64,000 nucleotides of DNA from a virus. Lineage: Duplodnaviria > Caudoviricetes. Location: IMG/VR virus record IMGVR_UViG_3300035208_002115; one strand, written 5' to 3'. Within the stretch, counting starts at the first letter, position 1. Each line of letters opens with the position of its first letter. Positions 1 through 8,611 of this stretch are shown here, in pieces. Position numbers and translations under genes: made by a program. Below the pieces are notes generated by a model. That model worked only from the letters and a program-made list of their open reading frames with translations. It did not search any database and had not been told where the DNA came from.

Positions 1-630
1 CTTTAAATTATATTGTTTAATTAACTCATCGTTTGTTCCACCAACAGATGCATTTAATTTTAAGTTTGATGGTATATCTTTTAATCTATTAATCCAATAT
101 TTTAATGATTTGGTGTATGTATAAAATATAGTATTTGGTAGTTCTTTAGCAACTTCAACCCATGCATCAAAATATTCCTGAGAGAAGAAATCTCCACTTT
201 CATGTAATCTAAACACTGGAACACCGAATGGAAATTTATAAACAATAGAACGTTTTATTAAACTCGTCATTTCATCGACACCTTTACAAGTTTTTAATAA
301 TTCAAAATTTGACATATTTCTTTTTCTTGTATTCGGAAATGTTTTTTCCTGATTAGCAGCGTAACAAGTAAAATCCCCGAACGTTCTTAATTTAGGTCTA
401 CCAGTTTCTTTATCATCTTGAACTCTTGATTTACAATCTTTAGCAAACGGACATGTATAACCTGCTGGAAGTGATAAATATGGATGTGCTATTTTAGCAT
501 TTCCAGTAGCAGTTATATTTAAAAGACATACATCTTTAGTTTTACTTTCAGGTTGTTCTTCAGTTTGTTTTGTTTTCAAATGCGAAAACGGGTCGAATTC
601 GTTATATTCCAGTATTAAATATCGCCTCAT
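1..630 (-). CDS. Gp88-family phage protein (partial, runs off window start)
   Basis: Not in ORF track. Manual translation from ATG at 630: MRRYLILEYNEF...SLPAGYTCPFAKDC...TCYAA...FRLHESGDFFSQEY...FYTYTKS, with Gp88-like CxxxxxC/CYA, RLHxSGDF and YTK motifs. Confidence 0.75.
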   Translation of the reverse strand, partial: MRRYLILEYNEFDPFSHLKTKQTEEQPESKTKDVCLLNITATGNAKIAHPYLSLPAGYTCPFAKDCKSRVQDDKETGRPKLRTFGDFTCYAANQEKTFPNTRKRNMSNFELLKTCKGVDEMTSLIKRSIVYKFPFGVPVFRLHESGDFFSQEYFDAWVEVAKELPNTIFYTYTKSLKYWINRLKDIPSNLKLNASVGGTNDELIKQYNLK

Positions 631-689
631 TATTAAACATTTTATTTTATTCTATATATAAAAAATATAAATTGAAATAATTTAGTATA

Positions 690-1037
690 ATGAAATTAGC
701 AATAGTTGGGTCACGGGATTTTAACGATTTTGAATACTTAAAAAAGGTATTAGAACCAATTAAGAACAAAGTAACACTTGTCGTTTCTGGTGGTGCTAAA
801 GGTGCTGATTCACTTGGAGAACGATGGGCTAAAGAAAATAATATACTTACTCAAATATTTTATCCAGATTGGAATAAATTTGGAAAATCGGCTGGTTATA
901 GAAGAAACGTTGATATTGTTAATAACAGTGATGCTGTTGTTGCTTTTCAAATAAATGATAGTAAAGGCACACAACACACAATCGATATAGCAATGGAGAA
1001 AAATAAAAAAGTGAAGGTATTTAAACTTTATACTTAA
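690..1037 (+). CDS. SLOG-fold protein (DUF2493/YspA-like)
   Basis: AIVGSRDF, VSGGAKGADSLGERWA, SAGYRRN and SKGTQHTI motifs. Confidence 0.85.
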   Translation: MKLAIVGSRDFNDFEYLKKVLEPIKNKVTLVVSGGAKGADSLGERWAKENNILTQIFYPDWNKFGKSAGYRRNVDIVNNSDAVVAFQINDSKGTQHTIDIAMEKNKKVKVFKLYT

Positions 1038-1133
1038 CCGAATATAATATTAACTATTATACAAATTATTAAAATAGGTGAAAATATTATTAATAATATA
1101 AGTCCTGTTAATCTGGTTAACATAATTGATGTT

Positions 1134-1700
1134 TTAATGGTCGATATTAAATTTTCCTTCTATTTTAATGGTGTTTGTTGGTACAATCAAATATAATTCA
1201 TTATAATTTTTTTCCCAATATCCAATAGTTTCTTTCCGATTCCAAAACCATCTGGATTTAAAAGCTTTTTGTACGTCCCTTTTATAATAATTTTTAATTT
1301 TAGGTACTTCCGAATCACTTCTATTTAGATATGTATTATAAGCATCCAGTTTTATTCTTTTCAAGCTAACCTCATTATTATTTCCATCGGTTTTGTATTT
1401 ACCATATGTTATATAATAATCATCGACACTCCCGTTAATAGAACCACAACCCAGAAAGAAACTACCATTTAATTTAAATTTTTCATCTTGTGTTAATGAT
1501 GCTATAAGAATGGATTTATATTCTGTTGAATTTAAATTATTTTCGGTAGCATAATTTATCCTTAATATTACAACAACAATTAGATAAATTATGACAGAGA
1601 CTACAACTGTACCAGCAACATCTGAGCCATCTTCTTGTATTTTATAAGCTATTATACCAGCAAGAATAGTTGCTACAATCCAAATTAAAAGTAAATACAT
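1134..1700 (-). CDS. Membrane-anchored hypothetical phage protein
   Basis: Two N-terminal hydrophobic helices; GSFFLGCGSING motif. Confidence 0.7.
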   Translation of the reverse strand: MYLLLIWIVATILAGIIAYKIQEDGSDVAGTVVVSVIIYLIVVVILRINYATENNLNSTEYKSILIASLTQDEKFKLNGSFFLGCGSINGSVDDYYITYGKYKTDGNNNEVSLKRIKLDAYNTYLNRSDSEVPKIKNYYKRDVQKAFKSRWFWNRKETIGYWEKNYNELYLIVPTNTIKIEGKFNIDH

Positions 1701-1704
1701 AATA

Positions 1705-1881
1705 TTATTTTTTATTTTTATAATGATTTTGAAATCTCTCGTTTTCTTCTTTAGTTAGATTACCACCCACCCAATCCAATATACCCAAGTTCTTATCAAT
1801 TTCCCACTGTCTTTCGGGAGACAATTTAAAAAAATTGCTTGGTCTTTGGAACGATGCTTCGAACATTTCTTTTTGATTCAT
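1705..1881 (-). CDS. Small hypothetical protein (58 aa)
   Basis: Manual translation MNQKEMFEASFQRPSNFFKLSPERQWEIDKNLGILDW...; fills the gap between co-oriented genes. Confidence 0.6.
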   Translation of the reverse strand: MNQKEMFEASFQRPSNFFKLSPERQWEIDKNLGILDWVGGNLTKEENERFQNHYKNKK

Positions 1882-1886
1882 GGTTT

Positions 1887-2522
1887 TTATTTTGTTATAA
1901 CATCGTCATCATCACCGAATATTGTATAAATTTTATACGCCCTGATGAACTGAATCATACCTTTGTTAATGTTTTTAACAGAATCAGAATAGTGAAATTT
2001 CCTTTTCAGGTCATTCATAGCATCATCTAAACGTAATAAAAAGTGTTCAGGTGTATCCATAGTTCTGATATTATTGACAGTCTTTCCGTCTAACAATCTT
2101 TTCATGAAAAAAGACTGTTCAATAGAATCCAGAACTTCTTTTGATTTTTCATCGATATTTCGAATTAATTCCATTGTTTTTTCATTACATGAAATTAATT
2201 CGAATTCTATTTTATTAACATCACTCAGTTTTGCCCAGAAACGAACGCCAGCGTATATATGTTTTTTATTTTTATCTTTTGGTATTCTAAATGTCAGTGA
2301 ACTGAAATCACTAACACCTTTTCGGATATATACCCTGTCAACAGTCAAAATAGTATCTATTGGTATCGTAACTAAATAGTTTTTTTCACCACTTCGACTC
2401 CAACTAAATGTACCACCGATTTTTTCAATCATAGTTTTATTACGATATTCTGAATAAAGTATAAAATTCCAATCTTTAGTCAATTGTAACTGGCTTCCTA
2501 TTTCGGGTAAAAATAAGTTCAT
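1887..2522 (-). CDS. Hypothetical phage protein with C-terminal RxxKI tag
   Basis: LTVDRVYIRKG...RFWAKL motif; ends FIRAYKIYTIF. Confidence 0.7.
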   Translation of the reverse strand: MNLFLPEIGSQLQLTKDWNFILYSEYRNKTMIEKIGGTFSWSRSGEKNYLVTIPIDTILTVDRVYIRKGVSDFSSLTFRIPKDKNKKHIYAGVRFWAKLSDVNKIEFELISCNEKTMELIRNIDEKSKEVLDSIEQSFFMKRLLDGKTVNNIRTMDTPEHFLLRLDDAMNDLKRKFHYSDSVKNINKGMIQFIRAYKIYTIFGDDDDVITK

Positions 2523-2527
2523 GATTT

Positions 2528-3358
2528 TTAAGTTAGAGTGTTAAAGTCGTGGTCAATTTCCTTGACATATTCAATGAATTTCATTGTATTTTTTACATCT
2601 GGTGTTCTATGACCTAAATTAATACTATAATCTTTTAAAATTTTAGTTGGAGAACCACCCAATATGATAATACGGTTAGATAAATAAACAGCCTCGGAAA
2701 TGTCATGAGTTACTAAAAGAAATGTTATGTCTATTTCTGTATTGTAAAATAAAGTTAGTAAAAGACTTCTGATTTCATTTTTAGTTATGATATCCAGTGC
2801 AGACATAGGTTCATCCAATAAAAGTATTTGTGGATTAGAAACCAAATTTCTGGCAATAGCAACTCTCTGTAATTGTCCACCAGAAAGCTGGCCTTGTTTT
2901 GCCCATTTATATTCATGACCAGATAAACCAACGAAATCTATCATTTTGATAGCTTTTTCTTCTGCTTCTTTTTTGTTTGCCCCCTTTAAAATTAAAGGTA
3001 ACGATACGTTTTGTAGAACGGTGTACCAAGGAAATGATGAATATTCTTGGAATATCATCGGTATACGATTATCAGCAGAATGTTTTTTGCCATATATTAG
3101 AATTTCACCAGAAGTTGGTGTTTGTAAATCTGATAAATACTTTAGTAACTGTGATTTTCCACATCCAGAACGACCAATAATTGTTGTAAATTGTCCTTCA
3201 TTTTCAATATCATCAATTGCTAAATTGAAGTTATCAAATAACACACGACCATTTTCAAATTTTTGAGTTATATTAATATAATCAATAACATGAACCCCAT
3301 TTGTAATAGTTGGGTCTGGTTGTATATTCGTTTTTATATTTTCATCAAAATAATTCAT
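2528..3358 (-). CDS. ABC transporter ATP-binding protein (TauB/SsuB-like)
   Basis: Walker A GRSGCGKS, signature LSGGQLQRVAIAR, Walker B LLLDEP, H-loop VTHD. Confidence 0.95.
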   Translation of the reverse strand: MNYFDENIKTNIQPDPTITNGVHVIDYINITQKFENGRVLFDNFNLAIDDIENEGQFTTIIGRSGCGKSQLLKYLSDLQTPTSGEILIYGKKHSADNRIPMIFQEYSSFPWYTVLQNVSLPLILKGANKKEAEEKAIKMIDFVGLSGHEYKWAKQGQLSGGQLQRVAIARNLVSNPQILLLDEPMSALDIITKNEIRSLLLTLFYNTEIDITFLLVTHDISEAVYLSNRIIILGGSPTKILKDYSINLGHRTPDVKNTMKFIEYVKEIDHDFNTLT

Positions 3359-3359
3359 A

Positions 3360-4571
3360 TTATTTTACAAGATTTAGTTTTTGTAAAAATGTTTTCTTTG
3401 TTTGTGGCGGTGTAGTCGGATTGTTTGGTGGTGACTTTATTATATTTTTCTTACGATAAATATTATAATCATGAGGAAACATAAGTTTATGACTTAAATA
3501 AAATAAAACATCTTGTAACATTCCAACAACAATTATTATAATCAAAACTGACATAATAATATCAGTTCTACTTGTTTTTTCACCATTAAATATCATAGCA
3601 CCAACACCGCCTTCTTTATTTATAAGTTCGGCTACAATGATATAAGTCCAAGATATAGCAACAAGTAATCTAACATCTTTCCAAAATTTTGGCATGGTAG
3701 ATTTCCAATATACGTATATGAATTTCTGCCATTTTGATGCACCTAATGTATGTATAATTTGTTTATGAATACTATCAATATCATCAACCCTCTGAATCAT
3801 TGCAGGTAAAAGATAAATTAATATAGAAAATCCCATAAAGTAAATTTTCATATCGAATTTAATTCCAAACCATGCTATAAAAAGACCCGTTACGGCTGTG
3901 AGGGGTAAATAACGAGAAGCATTAATATTTGCACTAAACAAACCCCTAAATGCAGGGAATAGCGAAATAGCGAAACCAAATGGTATAGTAATCAACATTG
4001 CTGTTAAATAACCTGATAAATTCAATTTAACAGAATACCAAATGTTTATATAAGTATTACTTTGATGTAAAAGTTCTTTAAGTGTTATTAGTACTGTAAA
4101 TGGTGATGGAAGTATTTGAGGTTTATTAAACTGACATAAAACTATCCAAGTCAATAAAAAACCTATAACACCAAGTACAGAAAGAAATAAATGAATTTTG
4201 TTATTAACTTTTCCATCCATTTCATAAATACCGTATTTCTTCATATAAACAAGAATTCCGATATATAATGCAATACTGGATAATAATATTTTATTTAAAC
4301 CAAACAGTCCTTTGAAAAAATGAAAGATTACTGAATGAAAACATATAAATAAAAAAATAGTTATACCTATTTTTATTATTAACAGCCTCGTCTTCTTATT
4401 CAAATTTTTCATATAGAATAGTACCCCGATACCTATCACTATAATAAATACCAATATTTTACTCAAAATAGGTAAATCTCTTAAAAAATGAAGTATGGTT
4501 ACGGGAAAACAAATAAAACCTATAAGCATCACACTGATACTTATAATTATCCACATAGTTTTTTTACTCAT
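3360..4571 (-). CDS. ABC transporter permease (TauC/SsuC-like) with extra N-terminal TM segments
   Basis: LPSP motif, EAA-like HTLGASKWQ, SWTYIIVAEL, many TM helices. Confidence 0.9.
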   Translation of the reverse strand: MSKKTMWIIISISVMLIGFICFPVTILHFLRDLPILSKILVFIIVIGIGVLFYMKNLNKKTRLLIIKIGITIFLFICFHSVIFHFFKGLFGLNKILLSSIALYIGILVYMKKYGIYEMDGKVNNKIHLFLSVLGVIGFLLTWIVLCQFNKPQILPSPFTVLITLKELLHQSNTYINIWYSVKLNLSGYLTAMLITIPFGFAISLFPAFRGLFSANINASRYLPLTAVTGLFIAWFGIKFDMKIYFMGFSILIYLLPAMIQRVDDIDSIHKQIIHTLGASKWQKFIYVYWKSTMPKFWKDVRLLVAISWTYIIVAELINKEGGVGAMIFNGEKTSRTDIIMSVLIIIIVVGMLQDVLFYLSHKLMFPHDYNIYRKKNIIKSPPNNPTTPPQTKKTFLQKLNLVK

Positions 4572-4573
4572 TA

Positions 4574-4756
4574 TTATTGTTTTTTAGAAAATCTTCTATT
4601 CAAATATATACCAAAACCAATACCAAGCCCAATCAGTAATAAAAAGAAGAAGCCAATCAATGCTTTTAAAGCACCAACTATAAAAGGAAATATAAAATAC
4701 CCAGCACCACCAAGTATAATTATAACCAGTAATATAATAAATAACACCCTATTCAT
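4574..4756 (-). CDS. Small two-TM membrane protein
   Basis: 60 aa, two hydrophobic segments, inside the ABC operon. Confidence 0.7.
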   Translation of the reverse strand: MNRVLFIILLVIIILGGAGYFIFPFIVGALKALIGFFFLLLIGLGIGFGIYLNRRFSKKQ

Positions 4757-4838
4757 AATTTTAATTTTTTATATGATATTTAAAGAGAGGATGGTGATTT
4801 CTCACCATCCACTCAATCCAAATAAACAATACAACAAT

Positions 4839-6401
4839 TTAATTGATAACTTCAAAGTCAGTTCTACGATAATTTTCATTAGAACCAACACTTCCATCAG
4901 CAATAGCTTCCATAGACCCATTTCCAATTATAATAAATTTGTTTGGGTCAAAATTACCTTCTTTCACTAAGAAATTAGCAACGGCTTGCGCTCTTTTTTG
5001 AGATAATGTTTTATTATAGGCTGCATTACCAACGTTATCGGTATTTCCTTTAATACGAATACGTGCATCTCTTAATGATTTTGCTATACCGAAAAATTCT
5101 TTTTTGATGATGTATTTAGCATCTTCATCTAATTCGTAAGAGTTAGTAGCAAAATTGATAGAGGCTTTAATATTAGAAATAGCAGGTGCAGTAGACATTT
5201 CTTTAGTAATTGGTTCGAATTTTGGTGCTACTTCTGCTATTTGCTTAGAATCACTGGATAAATCGATAGCTTGTATTATTGAAATATCAGATACACTTCT
5301 CCAAGGAAGTGGTGACTTTGTTTGTCCAAGATTAGAATATATAACAGACATTTTTGTATACATTTCATCACCTGTTACACCAGTATAACTTGGATTTAAC
5401 CCGAAAAAGTTTACATTATCACCATAAGTGCAAAATCTAACCGCACCTAACATATCATAAGCTAAACCTGCATCAGATTCGTTACCTAAAAAATCTCTTG
5501 CAAAAACCTTTGCTACATGTTGTTTAGCTGTTTCACTATAAGTAACTTCAGCATTACCAATCATCCAAGCGGTAACTAACTTTTCAATAGCTTCTCTCTT
5601 TTTATTAATAGTTTCTTCAGAGAATAACATACCATCAGATACAATATTAGATGCCATTTTAGTATTAATAAGCTCTTTTGCGCCAGCAATTGCTTTTATA
5701 CAATCAACATTATCTGGATACCACACCATTGCAGCAGGTACAGAACCAGCTTTAAACATGCGAGAAGCTTCAATACCATCACGACATTCAATGATATTTA
5801 TATCTTTCAAGGTCATTTTGTTCAACTCCAAAAATTTAATTAAAGCTGTTTGTGAGGCTGTACCCATAGCAACAGCTACATCTTTACCTTTTAAATCTGA
5901 AATCTTTTTTATTGAAGGGTCAACAACCAGTGCATCAGCACCACGACTGATATTAACTGAAAATACTTGTTTTGCTTTTACCATTGAAACTGTACTTCCA
6001 GCACCCATATCAATAGATAATGCATCAGTTGTACAATAAACACCATCAATTTCACCAGAAGTTAAAGAACTACGACTATTAGATACAACATCTTGAATAT
6101 TTATAGTAAGTAATATTCCATATTCTTTGTACAATCTGGAATCTTTATTTGGAACGATACCATCATTCATTTCTAACATACCTGCACAACCAATGAATGT
6201 GTTGTAAGTAATGGTTAGTTTGACTCCAGATGAAAAGATATCTGAAATACCACCACCAGAAGATTTTTTTTCTGTTGATGTAGATTTAGAACCCGAATCT
6301 TTAATATTGGGTTTAATTACGAAAATAAAAAGAGCTGCTAATGCTGCTGCTATAATTATAGCAGCAGTAGCTTTACCTGCATTTGTTAATCCTGATAACA
6401 T
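4839..6401 (-). CDS. NMT1/SsuA-like substrate-binding protein fused to an OmpA-like peptidoglycan-binding domain
   Basis: N-terminal TM; SRGADALV, ISDLKGKDVAV; C-terminal INFATNS, GNTDNVG, NKTLSQKRAQAV, RRTDF. Confidence 0.85.
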   Translation of the reverse strand: MLSGLTNAGKATAAIIIAAALAALFIFVIKPNIKDSGSKSTSTEKKSSGGGISDIFSSGVKLTITYNTFIGCAGMLEMNDGIVPNKDSRLYKEYGILLTINIQDVVSNSRSSLTSGEIDGVYCTTDALSIDMGAGSTVSMVKAKQVFSVNISRGADALVVDPSIKKISDLKGKDVAVAMGTASQTALIKFLELNKMTLKDINIIECRDGIEASRMFKAGSVPAAMVWYPDNVDCIKAIAGAKELINTKMASNIVSDGMLFSEETINKKREAIEKLVTAWMIGNAEVTYSETAKQHVAKVFARDFLGNESDAGLAYDMLGAVRFCTYGDNVNFFGLNPSYTGVTGDEMYTKMSVIYSNLGQTKSPLPWRSVSDISIIQAIDLSSDSKQIAEVAPKFEPITKEMSTAPAISNIKASINFATNSYELDEDAKYIIKKEFFGIAKSLRDARIRIKGNTDNVGNAAYNKTLSQKRAQAVANFLVKEGNFDPNKFIIIGNGSMEAIADGSVGSNENYRRTDFEVIN

Positions 6402-6427
6402 AGTTGTATGTTTTAATTGGTTAATAA

Positions 6428-7453
6428 TTAATTTTCATCGAAATATTTGTTACTGACCGAATTACCAGTCGAAATTGGAGCAAAATTGGCAGTTTGAAAA
6501 ATAGGAGTTGGCTGATTTTTCCCTGAAGGTAATTCTTTAAATTTATCTAAAATACCATCAAGTCCAAGTTTTTCATATTTTTCAAGTAATTGACTACCTT
6601 GAATAGACATAACTTCTTTCCTAACATCAAGTTTACCAATAATGCCATTGGTTTCGTTAAGAACGAGTTCCATTTCACCTAATTTTGAACTAATATCATC
6701 AGACATTTTATCAATAGCAGATTGGAACAGTGCATTTTCGTCTGGGTCTCCACTCATAGCAGACATAGCTGCTTTATAGGCATTATATGACATAGCAGCA
6801 ATTTTATATCTTTCTTTTATTGCTTCTACTTCATTCTTAGCATCTTCAACGGTTAGTTTAGCCATATCTAATAACTTTTTCAATGTCGTATACCACTTAC
6901 TAACACTATTGAGTGTTTCGATATACATATTGGCTAAATCAGTTTGTCGAATCATTTCACGTTTAGCAATTAAAGCTCGGTCTGTGTCACCCTCTTTTTC
7001 AAACACCAACGCTACATCAGCTTGGTCTTTAATTAGCTTTCTTTTTGTTTTTATTTTACCTTCAATATCACTTTTAATACCGCCTAAGTTACCAGTGCAT
7101 CTTTCACTCTTAGCAATATTATTTTCCATTTGCTCAATTCTTCGGTCGAGAATTTTATCTGGTGCTATTTGTACAAATATACCATATATTTTTTTCATTA
7201 AAATATAATAACCAACACTAAGCCCCATACGGAATTTTTTGTCAGTTAAGAGAAATAATACTACACCAATACCACAAAGGGTTAAAATCGCATATAAAGT
7301 ACTCTGGAATAGGAATAGTAGTTTTGGTGATAATAATATAAAAGTTATTATACCACCAACTAATAATACTGTGGCAAATCCACCGCCTTTTTGTTTCCAT
7401 AAAGGTTTACGTTCCCCATTCTGCATAGATGGGGGTAAAAAATTATTTATCAT
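6428..7453 (-). CDS. Two-TM coiled-coil protein (PspA/IM30-like)
   Basis: Two TM helices followed by a long heptad-rich helical region; PspA likeness is inference. Confidence 0.55.
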   Translation of the reverse strand: MINNFLPPSMQNGERKPLWKQKGGGFATVLLVGGIITFILLSPKLLFLFQSTLYAILTLCGIGVVLFLLTDKKFRMGLSVGYYILMKKIYGIFVQIAPDKILDRRIEQMENNIAKSERCTGNLGGIKSDIEGKIKTKRKLIKDQADVALVFEKEGDTDRALIAKREMIRQTDLANMYIETLNSVSKWYTTLKKLLDMAKLTVEDAKNEVEAIKERYKIAAMSYNAYKAAMSAMSGDPDENALFQSAIDKMSDDISSKLGEMELVLNETNGIIGKLDVRKEVMSIQGSQLLEKYEKLGLDGILDKFKELPSGKNQPTPIFQTANFAPISTGNSVSNKYFDEN

Positions 7454-7464
7454 AGTTATTATTT

Positions 7465-8112
7465 TTATTGGATGAATTGTGTGATTTTTACCTTATCTGC
7501 TTCCATAGTTCCTAAAATGTGAGCCATAGTAGCATCGAAATTGGATTCGACTTGTTTGAGTTTCAATTCCTCTTGTTGAGCCTTTTGAGATTCTTCAATG
7601 ATGAACTGATTCAGAGTTGTTTGTTCTTTCTGTAAATCCAGAAGTTTTTGTTGGGCATCGGCAACCGCTTTAGTTTTGTTACCAACGGATTCATTAAAAC
7701 GCTTTTTTAAATCAGCAGAAAAACTTTCTTTTTCTTTATTCAATAATTGAATATAAGTGTCAATAGAACTAAGCAGTTTTTCTTTTGAGATGTCGGGAGC
7801 TGATGTTTTAATAGTTGAAAATGCTGCGAGCATTCTTGTCTTTTCATCAGGAATGATATTAGACAGTTGTCCAACTGCTAATGATAATTCATAATAATCA
7901 GCCCCAGCTATGTTATTTCTTTCAATAACTTCTTTTAGGCTTTGTAATATTTTTTCATTAATCATTCCTTGAACACCAGCCGAATAAATTGGCTGAATGT
8001 TTTGTTGGTTCACAGGTTGCTGAACGGGATTAGAAGCAGCACCCTTTACTTCAGAAGATTTTTTCTCATCTTCTTTGATAAAAATAGATTTAAATTTACT
8101 CATGTCGTACAA
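7465..8112 (-). CDS. Coiled-coil protein, first gene of ABC/OmpA operon
   Basis: GADYYEL motif, Q/K/E-rich C-terminal coiled coil. Confidence 0.65.
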   Translation of the reverse strand: MYDMSKFKSIFIKEDEKKSSEVKGAASNPVQQPVNQQNIQPIYSAGVQGMINEKILQSLKEVIERNNIAGADYYELSLAVGQLSNIIPDEKTRMLAAFSTIKTSAPDISKEKLLSSIDTYIQLLNKEKESFSADLKKRFNESVGNKTKAVADAQQKLLDLQKEQTTLNQFIIEESQKAQQEELKLKQVESNFDATMAHILGTMEADKVKITQFIQ

Positions 8113-8153
8113 TTTTAATTGTATTATTTATTTGAAATATTTATTTGAGGTAA

Positions 8154-8161
8154 CAAAGCTA
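8154..8161 (-). promoter_or_regulatory. Bacteroidota-type -7 promoter element TAGCTTTG
   Basis: Matches TAnnTTTG about 40 nt upstream of the 8112 start. Confidence 0.6.
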
Positions 8162-8570
8162 ATAACATTTTTTATATAACAAAAAAATTGTAGAAGATAT
8201 TTTTTAAATATTTAATATTTTTTGATTAAATAAACTAATAGATGTATTAAATTTATATGAAATGTACTGAAGATATGTGAATTATGTAATATAATAATAA
8301 AATTATGTAATATTTCTATTATATAAAAGGTATAATTTTGGTCATGTTTATTATTCTAAATGAACAATATCACACAAAACATGTTTATCTAATAAGTATA
8401 AACAATATATAACATGAAAAATATAAAAATACCATCCGCTTATAATTTAATTTTTTATATTTTTATTCTCCACCATAGATATAAATGATTTTAATCATAT
8501 AATATAGGTGATATTCAATATATTTAATCAAATATGTGTGTTTAAAATCATTATATGTTATATTTTTATT

Positions 8571-8578
8571 TACTTTTG
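8571..8578 (+). promoter_or_regulatory. Bacteroidota-type -7 promoter element TACTTTTG
   Basis: TAnnTTTG about 33 nt upstream of ATG 8612. Confidence 0.6.
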
Positions 8579-8611
8579 TATCAAATTTAATAATTAAAAT
8601 TTTTGTGTGTT

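Noticed and set aside
8113-8600. Replication origin in the long AT-rich intergenic region
   Set aside because: Only a short attatgtaatat duplication; explained by divergent promoters, and no iteron array is visible.
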